64,000 nucleotides of DNA from an uncultured Gammaproteobacteria bacterium (GTDB lineage Bacteria > Patescibacteriota > Patescibacteriia > Magasanikbacterales > JBBTQS01), in contig CAZVIA010000002.1 of NCBI GenBank assembly GCA_964627525.1, positions 59,262 through 123,261 of the forward strand. Direction: 5' to 3'. The notes beneath the pieces were generated by a model. That model had not been told where the DNA came from. It worked only from the letters and a program-made list of their open reading frames with translations, and made no database searches. Shown piece after piece: positions 56,761 through 64,000 of the stretch (within the stretch, counting starts at the first letter, position 1; each line of letters opens with the position of its first letter). The translations under genes were made by a program, and so were the position numbers.

Positions 56761-57731
56761 TTCAAACGTTTTTTAAAATCTTCAATTGTTTTATTTAAAC
56801 CATCTTCCAATTCAACTTTTGGTTCCCAACTTAATAATTCCCGAGCTTTACTAATATCTGGCTGACGACGCATTGGATCATCCTCACGAAAATCACTTAT
56901 AGAAATCACTTCACTCTGACTATTAGTTAACTCAATGACTTTTTCAGCCAATTGCTTAATTGTAAACTCTTTTGGATTCCCCAAATTAATTGGACCAACA
57001 ACTTCATCTTCTGAATTCATCATTTTAACAATACCATCCACTAAATCATCAACATAACAAAAACTTCTTGTTTGTGAACCATCACCATGAAATTCAATAT
57101 TTTCATTTTTCAAAGCAGCTACAATAAAATTTGAAACCACCCTACCATCATTAAAAGCCATTCGCGGACCATAAGTATTAAAAATTCTAATTACTTTTAT
57201 TTTCAAATCGTGCATTCGCTTGTATTCAAAAAACAAAGTCTCAGCAACGCGCTTTCCTTCATCATAACAAGCACGCGGCCCAATTGTACTTACAGAACCT
57301 TTATACTCTTCAGTTTGCGGATGCTGTTCAGGATCACCATAAACTTCAGAAGTTGATGCCTGTAAAATTTTAGCATTTTTTAATTTTGCCAATCCTAAAA
57401 CATTAAGCACGCCCGTTGTATTTGTCTTAATAGTTCTAATTGGATTTTCCTGATAATGCACTGGAGACGCTGGACAAGCCAAATTATAAATCTCATGCAC
57501 ATCTTCATTAATCTCAATTGGCTCAACAATGTCATGCTCCATGAAAATAAAGTTCTCATTTTCTTCAAAATGCGCTATATTCTCTTTAGTGCTTGTTAAT
57601 AAATTATCAACACAAATTACTCTTGCGCCACCCTCTAACAAGCGGTCACAAAGATGTGAACCAATAAAACCGGCTCCACCGGTTACCAAAATTGTTTTTT
57701 GCATAATCGATTTGATAGTTGTATTATGCAT
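56757..57731 (-). CDS. UDP-glucuronate decarboxylase / UDP-xylose synthase-like SDR (second copy)
   Basis: [19 protein letters not shown] and [15 protein letters not shown]; paralogue of 19299-20312. Confidence 0.7.
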   Translation of the reverse strand: MHNTTIKSIMQKTILVTGGAGFIGSHLCDRLLEGGARVICVDNLLTSTKENIAHFEENENFIFMEHDIVEPIEINEDVHEIYNLACPASPVHYQENPIRTIKTNTTGVLNVLGLAKLKNAKILQASTSEVYGDPEQHPQTEEYKGSVSTIGPRACYDEGKRVAETLFFEYKRMHDLKIKVIRIFNTYGPRMAFNDGRVVSNFIVAALKNENIEFHGDGSQTRSFCYVDDLVDGIVKMMNSEDEVVGPINLGNPKEFTIKQLAEKVIELTNSQSEVISISDFREDDPMRRQPDISKARELLSWEPKVELEDGLNKTIEDFKKRLK

Positions 57732-57772
57732 AGTACACCAAAATTAAGGTGTTTTGTAAAGGTTTTAATTAC

Positions 57773-58927
57773 ATGAATTCGCTAAATTTAGCCAAAAAAT
57801 CCAATATTTGTTTTGTTATAACTCAAGGACATTGGGGTGGTGCTCAACGTTATGTTTTTGATTTGGCAAAAAACCTAAAAAACGACTTTAATGTCACTGT
57901 AGCAATTGGTAATTCAAAACATGAAAATGACCTTAAAAACAAACTTGAAAACATAAAAGTTGTACAATTAAAACATTTACGCAGATCAATTAATCCTTTT
58001 CATGACTTGCTTGCGCTTTTTGAAATAAAGAAATTTGCCAAACAAAATCAAATCCAAATAATGCATTACAACTCTTCAAAAGCAACTGTGATCGGGGCTT
58101 TAGCAACAAAAAAAATCTGCAAATCAATTGCAACAATTCATGGTTGGGTTTCTGAAGAACCTCTAACTTCCCTACGCAAAACAATTTATAAAAAACTAGA
58201 AAAAATTTCCACAAAACTTTTGGACGCAATAATTTTTGCAGATAAACATTCTTTAGAAATTGCAAAACAAAATTACAAAACTCCGGATAATAAAATTTTT
58301 TACATTCCACACCAAATTAAAACACCAAACTTTTTATCAAGACAAGAAGCAAGAAATAAAATACAACAAATTACAAAACACACAATTACTAACAACACAA
58401 AAATAATTGGAACAATAGCAAATCTTTACAAAACAAAAAACCTCAACTTACTAATAAACGCATTTGCAGAACCAGATTATAAAGATGCAATTTGTCTTAT
58501 CATTGGTGAAGGAACAGAACGAACAAATTTAGAAAAACAAATTAAACAAAAAAACTTACAAAACAAAATCTTTTTACCAGGATCAATCACAAATGCTGCA
58601 CAACTTTTAAAAGGTTTTGATTTATTTACGCAAACTTCTACAAAAGAAGGATATCCATATACTTTACTTGAAGCAAAAGCAGCACAACTTCCAATTACTG
58701 CAACAAATGTAGGTGGCACAAAAGATATTTTAGAAAAAAACACAAATAGTGTTTTAGTGGATTCACCAACAACTACAGAAATTTTTTCACAAAAAATTAT
58801 TCAGGCACTTCAATTAAATTCTCAAATAAATCCCCAAACAAACCCACAAATAAATCAAAGTGGTTCAGCAGATTTTTTACAAATGATTGAAAAAACTAAA
58901 TCACTCTACAGAAACTTGTTCTCCTAA
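57773..58927 (+). CDS. Glycosyltransferase family 4
   Basis: EGYPYTLLEAKAAQLPITATNVGG. Confidence 0.65.
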   Translation: MNSLNLAKKSNICFVITQGHWGGAQRYVFDLAKNLKNDFNVTVAIGNSKHENDLKNKLENIKVVQLKHLRRSINPFHDLLALFEIKKFAKQNQIQIMHYNSSKATVIGALATKKICKSIATIHGWVSEEPLTSLRKTIYKKLEKISTKLLDAIIFADKHSLEIAKQNYKTPDNKIFYIPHQIKTPNFLSRQEARNKIQQITKHTITNNTKIIGTIANLYKTKNLNLLINAFAEPDYKDAICLIIGEGTERTNLEKQIKQKNLQNKIFLPGSITNAAQLLKGFDLFTQTSTKEGYPYTLLEAKAAQLPITATNVGGTKDILEKNTNSVLVDSPTTTEIFSQKIIQALQLNSQINPQTNPQINQSGSADFLQMIEKTKSLYRNLFS

Positions 58928-61006
58928 AATCTCCAAATATTGATTTGCAGAATCAATATCCCCCACTTCAATAAATACATCAGCAGCAGCCTTAATAAAA
59001 ATTACTTTCTTTGGATCGTCAAACCCCATTTCCAGAGGGATTTTAAAGTATTCTGCAGATTTATCATACATTTCAAATCCAGCATAAAACATTGCCAAGC
59101 GCCAATAAGATTCCATGACATCTGGATTTAACTCAATTGCTTTTAACAAAATCTTCTCCCCTTCCCCAAACATACTTAGCATCATTGAGGTCTGCCCAAG
59201 TTCATACATTATTTGTTGTCTTTCAGGTGAATAGCTTAAAATATTTTTATAAATATTATTAGCCTCTACTAAATAACCTGCAACACCTTCATACAATCCA
59301 GCTTGAAAATATAACTGCCCAAGTATAATACCCGATCTTATGTCATATGGATGCATTAGTATTTCTTTTTTCAAATCTTCAGTTACAACAGGATAAACAA
59401 TTTTATAATAACGATCCATTAAATCAGGATTCCCCGTACTTAAAACACTTTTTACTTGCATAGCAAACCCACGAACAATATCATCTCTGTGCGGTGTTGG
59501 AATTTGTTTTGCTATTTCATAATTTTGCAATGCTGTTATAAAAGCATTCCCTTTTTGATTTGCATCAACAGTTGTATATGGCAACACATCATGAAGAATC
59601 ATATTTGCTTTTGCTGGAAAAATATTAAATCTATAAATTAAAAATATAGCAAACACTAAAGTCACTACACCCACACCCCATGCAATACTTTTAACTTTTA
59701 CATAACCAGTTTCTTCAACTTCATTTTTATTACCTAGAGAATCAACAAAAGCCAACAACAAAAAGAAATACAAATACGAAGAAACATTTTCAAACACAAA
59801 TAAATTATGTACAAAATGTCCTATCCAAAAAGCATACATTAAATAACCAACATATTTTAAATCTGGATGTCTCTTGATTAATTTATGTGTGGACCACAAT
59901 GCAAAAACAAATAATAATAAATACACTAACAAACCCACGACACCTTGTGTTGCCAAAGTATTTAATAAAATATTATGTGCATTATCAAACCAAGTTTCAT
60001 TCATTCCAAAACTCAGAAATTCAGGATTATAATATTGGTTAAAAGCAAAAAAGAAATTATTTGGACCCCATCCAAAAACAGGATATTCTTTTGATGCTTC
60101 AACAGCTATTTCCCAAGCCATTGCACGAGTTTTTCCACTACCTTGTGTAAAAGAAAATTGTGTTAAACGATACAAATAGGTGTTTCCTTTAACAAAATCT
60201 GTGTCGCGCATCATAAACAAAGTTCCCCCAAACAACACACCAACAGCTAATAATCCTATAGCAACACTTCTCCATTTTTTTGCCAATGAATCAGTTTTTG
60301 CTAACAACACCAACAAAACAACACCAGCAACTCCAACACCTAACCAAGTACCACGAGTTTGTGTTAACAAAACAATCAACAAAGAAATTACTGCATATGA
60401 CGCCCACAAAACTTTTTCCCAATTTATTTTTGATTTAATAAACAACATCATGCTTATTGCAGCTGTAAACATTGCATAAGCACTTACATAAATTGTGTTA
60501 CCAAAAGTTGATCGCACACGCTCACTACCTTGATTTAACAAATATTCAGGATCAATCAATTGATAAAAAGCTATCAACCAAATAGGTATTGCTAAAACAA
60601 GAATCCACACAAATAACCATTTCCATTCTCTCCACTCTGTAAAAACCTGTCGCCCAACTAAATATAAGACTAAATAATGTAACATTGTATACAAGCCCAA
60701 CATCCTTTCGTGGTTATCCCACAAACTATGATAAGAATCTACACCAGTAAAACTTGAAATTAAAAATGAAACAAAAAACAATAATACACCAACCAGCAAA
60801 AAACTTTTATAAGGTTTTGCTTGCTTCCAAAATCCAACTAAATAAAAAACATAAACAACCAACAGCAAAGAAATCAAAATCCTAAAGTAAATCATTTTTG
60901 GCACAACAAAAGGAAAAACATAATGATTTAAACTAACTATCAAAGGGGTTATAAAAGCCAAAGCTATAAATCCTTGTAAAAATCTTTTTATCCAAATTGA
61001 TTTCAT
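58901..61006 (-). CDS. O-antigen ligase (Wzy_C)-family membrane protein fused to C-terminal TPR repeats
   Basis: About 12 TM helices with a large periplasmic loop typical of WaaL/PglL-like ligases, then a ~250-aa TPR region. Confidence 0.6.
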   Translation of the reverse strand: MKSIWIKRFLQGFIALAFITPLIVSLNHYVFPFVVPKMIYFRILISLLLVVYVFYLVGFWKQAKPYKSFLLVGVLLFFVSFLISSFTGVDSYHSLWDNHERMLGLYTMLHYLVLYLVGRQVFTEWREWKWLFVWILVLAIPIWLIAFYQLIDPEYLLNQGSERVRSTFGNTIYVSAYAMFTAAISMMLFIKSKINWEKVLWASYAVISLLIVLLTQTRGTWLGVGVAGVVLLVLLAKTDSLAKKWRSVAIGLLAVGVLFGGTLFMMRDTDFVKGNTYLYRLTQFSFTQGSGKTRAMAWEIAVEASKEYPVFGWGPNNFFFAFNQYYNPEFLSFGMNETWFDNAHNILLNTLATQGVVGLLVYLLLFVFALWSTHKLIKRHPDLKYVGYLMYAFWIGHFVHNLFVFENVSSYLYFFLLLAFVDSLGNKNEVEETGYVKVKSIAWGVGVVTLVFAIFLIYRFNIFPAKANMILHDVLPYTTVDANQKGNAFITALQNYEIAKQIPTPHRDDIVRGFAMQVKSVLSTGNPDLMDRYYKIVYPVVTEDLKKEILMHPYDIRSGIILGQLYFQAGLYEGVAGYLVEANNIYKNILSYSPERQQIMYELGQTSMMLSMFGEGEKILLKAIELNPDVMESYWRLAMFYAGFEMYDKSAEYFKIPLEMGFDDPKKVIFIKAAADVFIEVGDIDSANQYLEILGEQVSVE

Positions 61007-61010
61007 AAAA

Positions 61011-63254
61011 TTATTTTTGTTCTAATTGTTCTAAACTATTTATAAAAACCTGTGCATCATTTGCCATTTCAGGATAATCACGTATAACACGCCTTGCTAC
61101 TTCTTTAGCATCTTCAACACGACCAACTGCCGCATAAGCTGCAGCTAATCTTGTGTGCCAATCTGGTATTACATTTCCACTAGTTGTTATATATTCATAA
61201 AACCAAACCAAACCATCTAAATTATCAACTTTAACATAAGCTTGTGCAATAATTTCACGCTGACTATCATTTTCAATATTAAACCCCAAGTCAATTGCTT
61301 TTCTAATAAATATCAAACCTTCCTCTGTATTCCCTATTTTCAAATTTATAAAAGCCAAATGCCATGCTGTCATTTCTGAATTAGGAGACCATTCATTAAT
61401 CTTATATATAACTTGTTTTGCTTCTTCAAAACGACTCTGGAAAATAAAAGACTGTGCAATTAAAAACCAAGCTTCTTCTCTACGCGGACTTATTTCAGTT
61501 GCAAGCACAAATAATTCATGTGCCCTATTTACTTTTTCAATATCTTTAGTTGCAACAGCTAACTGATAATAATATTTTCCCAAAAAACTTGTGTTTATAT
61601 AATTTGTATTCTGTGCAACTAACTCCTCTCCATACTCAGCAAATTTTTCAATATCAGCACGCCACAAAACTCGCATAGGTTCTGGCAAATCAAACTCACT
61701 TTGGTTTGGAGTATCTTCATAAACCATTGACGCTGCAGATTCAGCAGCCCATCGCCAACGCGCAAAATCATAAGGTGTATAAATATCAAATGCCTCTAAC
61801 AGTAACGGTCGAGCACGCACCCAATCATTTATATATGTATATTGCAAACCAGTATTAGTAGTTATAGAAGATTTCAAAGGTAAATAATTATATCTCATAA
61901 TTAAAAACCCTGAAAACAAAATCACAACAACCATAATTAAATTTCTTGGAAAACCTTTTAACACAAAACCCTCACTGCAATTAGTTTTTTTATTTAATAA
62001 TTTAAAACTTAACCACAACACATAAGCAACACAATAACCTGCCAAAATAAATGATGTTCCAGTTTCAAACAAGAAAAAATCCTGAACCAAATATGCAACA
62101 CCTAACCCAATCCAAACAGAAAACTCTGTTCTTGAAATTAATTCTTTTTTATTAGCCTTAACCAAAACCACAATCAACATCACACCAATAAATAAATACA
62201 AAACACCACCAACAAAACCATTATCAACAACTACTTCCAAAAAAGCATTGTGCGGCTTGTCTGAAAAAGTTTCTATGTAAGACAATTCAGTCAAAGCATT
62301 GTCAAAATGCTCATCAACAACATAACGATAATTTTGAGACCCCCAACCTAAAACAGGTTTTGCTTTTATTCCTTCCCATGCCATTGACCAGTTTATAGCA
62401 CGACTAGACAAACTTGTTGTTCCTGAAATTCTAGAAAAAGGAGTTGACTGAACAAAATCAGTATTTCTAAAAACAATTAATAAAGCTCCCATCAAAACAC
62501 CAACAACAACCAAAACAAAAAACAATCTCCGCCAAAGTTTTTTCCAATTTTTAGATAATAATAATAAAAACACAGTACCACCAAAAAACAACCCCAACAT
62601 CGGACCTCTAGGCACAGCCAACATAAAAGCAATTAACAAAATACAAGTTCCAACTATCAATCCCCCACGAATTAATTTACTAGAATTCCAATGCCACACC
62701 AATGGCACAAAAAACATATTTACCATTAAATAAGTTCCTAAAAACAATGGATTTCCCAATGAACTAGAAATACGATCAGCAGAAAAATTTGGATACAAAG
62801 AAGGTAAAAAATATTGCACAATTCCCAAAACAGCAACCACAATACTAATTAACAAACTTGCACTAAACAAAAGTCGCCAATCTTTTTTCCCAAAAACACC
62901 ACTGGAAAAAATCAAAATAAAAGCCAAAACATGCAACTGAAAAAACAAACCAGTTGAACGAACCATTTGCCCAAAAAAACTTAACTGCACGTCTACCCCA
63001 GCAAAAGCTGCAACAACCTGCACAATAAAAAACAACAACAAACCAATAATCAAAGCATTTTTTCGCGGACGTGATTTGGGAAATTTCATCCAAACATATG
63101 CAATCACAAGCAAAGCCAAAATAACCAAAACTTGATAAGCAACTGTTTTTGGATAAGAAATTGGATACAATGAATATTTTACATAAAGTAAAGGAATAGC
63201 CGTTGTCAACAAAGCAACACCCAACAAAATTTTCTTAGCAATATTATTTTGCAT
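61011..63254 (-). CDS. O-antigen ligase (Wzy_C)-family membrane protein fused to C-terminal TPR repeats (tandem paralogue)
   Basis: Same architecture as 58901-61006. Confidence 0.6.
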   Translation of the reverse strand: MQNNIAKKILLGVALLTTAIPLLYVKYSLYPISYPKTVAYQVLVILALLVIAYVWMKFPKSRPRKNALIIGLLLFFIVQVVAAFAGVDVQLSFFGQMVRSTGLFFQLHVLAFILIFSSGVFGKKDWRLLFSASLLISIVVAVLGIVQYFLPSLYPNFSADRISSSLGNPLFLGTYLMVNMFFVPLVWHWNSSKLIRGGLIVGTCILLIAFMLAVPRGPMLGLFFGGTVFLLLLSKNWKKLWRRLFFVLVVVGVLMGALLIVFRNTDFVQSTPFSRISGTTSLSSRAINWSMAWEGIKAKPVLGWGSQNYRYVVDEHFDNALTELSYIETFSDKPHNAFLEVVVDNGFVGGVLYLFIGVMLIVVLVKANKKELISRTEFSVWIGLGVAYLVQDFFLFETGTSFILAGYCVAYVLWLSFKLLNKKTNCSEGFVLKGFPRNLIMVVVILFSGFLIMRYNYLPLKSSITTNTGLQYTYINDWVRARPLLLEAFDIYTPYDFARWRWAAESAASMVYEDTPNQSEFDLPEPMRVLWRADIEKFAEYGEELVAQNTNYINTSFLGKYYYQLAVATKDIEKVNRAHELFVLATEISPRREEAWFLIAQSFIFQSRFEEAKQVIYKINEWSPNSEMTAWHLAFINLKIGNTEEGLIFIRKAIDLGFNIENDSQREIIAQAYVKVDNLDGLVWFYEYITTSGNVIPDWHTRLAAAYAAVGRVEDAKEVARRVIRDYPEMANDAQVFINSLEQLEQK

Positions 63255-63987
63255 AATTTATGTTATATCTTTCTTCAATATTAAAACCCATTTGCTTAGC
63301 TTCCTCAAAAACCCGCAACTCCATTTCTTTATCACCCTTAACACCATAAGCCAAACCTAAATACAAATACGTATCCTCAATTTCTGGATGTTGATTTTTT
63401 TTCTCAACCAAAATCTCAATCGCCTCATCAAACTTTCTTTGCTCTAACAAAGTTTTCGCATAATTATAATAAATATGCATTTGATCCGGAGAAATTTCCA
63501 ATAATTTTTTATATAAATTTTCTGACTTCTCAAACCATGCACCATTATCCAAACTATCCCCTACTTCAGAATATAATTGCGCTAATAAAAACCCTCTGAA
63601 CACATGAATTTCACCAGCACCTTCACCCAACTTCACACACTGCTCTTGTTTATTTAAAATTAAATCAACAGCATCATAAACAAAAGCACGCGGAATTTCT
63701 TTCAGCACTTTTAATTCCAACCAATCTTTTGTGTGACGATCCCAATAATCACATTTATACGGTGAAAAATTTGTGCCTAATAATTTTACATTGATTTCTT
63801 GCCAATCAAACCACTGTGAATGATGCAAAGCATAATTTGACTGAAAATATCGTACAGCACTTAAAGCAAAGCACACATTCCCAATCAAAAACACAACAAC
63901 TAATATAACACCCCCAACTTTTAACCACACTGCAGTTTTATTTTTTTCAAAACTTTCACTGGTCATCCAAACCAACCAACCAAACAA
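63244..63987 (-). CDS. TM-anchored TPR-repeat protein (possibly a truncated third paralogue)
   Basis: One N-terminal TM plus TPR-like repeats resembling the C-terminal domains of the two upstream ligase-TPR genes. Confidence 0.45.
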   Translation of the reverse strand: MFGWLVWMTSESFEKNKTAVWLKVGGVILVVVFLIGNVCFALSAVRYFQSNYALHHSQWFDWQEINVKLLGTNFSPYKCDYWDRHTKDWLELKVLKEIPRAFVYDAVDLILNKQEQCVKLGEGAGEIHVFRGFLLAQLYSEVGDSLDNGAWFEKSENLYKKLLEISPDQMHIYYNYAKTLLEQRKFDEAIEILVEKKNQHPEIEDTYLYLGLAYGVKGDKEMELRVFEEAKQMGFNIEERYNINYAK

Positions 63988-64000
63988 AACCCAAAAAAAC

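Noticed and set aside
1-64000. CRISPR arrays, transposases, integrases, rRNA genes
   Set aside because: No short regularly spaced direct repeats, no DDE/tyrosine-recombinase-like ORFs, and no rRNA-like conserved stretches were seen.

Overview
The window is an AT-rich (about one-third GC) bacterial chromosome segment, gene-dense on both strands. Native genes mostly lack Shine-Dalgarno (SD) sequences. The gene content (a CarS-like cytidylyltransferase next to a CDP-alcohol phosphatidyltransferase, DUF5684, a minimal housekeeping set) suggests a Patescibacteria/CPR-like organism; that placement is inference only.

The 5' third (1-16.3 kb) is housekeeping: partial glyA, folD, tsaE, a PLD-type cardiolipin synthase, a znuACB-like metal ABC transporter, a tRNA-Glu(CUC), and the cell-wall genes murF, a PBP2/FtsI transpeptidase and murE, plus the CCA-adding enzyme.

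From about 17 kb to the end is one very large surface-glycan biosynthesis locus. It contains at least eight GT4 and two GT2 glycosyltransferases, a WbaP-like priming phosphotransferase, a Wzx-like flippase, two UDP-glucuronate decarboxylases, two nucleotide-sugar dehydrogenases and several SDR epimerases. It also has two DegT aminotransferases, a formyltransferase, three SAM methyltransferases, WbqC, a PIG-L deacetylase and AsnB. A complete nonulosonic-acid set (NeuB, NeuC, NeuA) sits next to a TagF/KpsS-like candidate transferase. Two tandem O-antigen-ligase(Wzy_C)-TPR fusion paralogues close the locus.

Several small, compositionally foreign cassettes lie in this backbone. They are GC-rich, carry strong AGGAGG SDs, and have their own sigma70 promoters and intrinsic terminators:
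- a 94-aa ORF at 2463-2747
- a 97-aa ORF at 12161-12454
- a 39-aa ORF at 28169-28288, divergent from a cGAS/DncV-like (CD-NTase/SMODS-like) nucleotidyltransferase at 27085-27939
- a two-gene GC-richer island at 29.8-32.3 kb (a CE4 polysaccharide deacetylase plus a 364-aa unknown) with duplicated leader inverted repeats and duplicated terminators.

A roughly 235-nt GC-rich non-coding RNA with a near-consensus promoter and terminator sits at 7290-7526 (minus strand), unclassified. A palindromic element (GGCAAAATTTGC-N3-6-GCAAATTTTGCC) occurs four times in intergenic regions. No CRISPR array, transposase, integrase or rRNA was seen.
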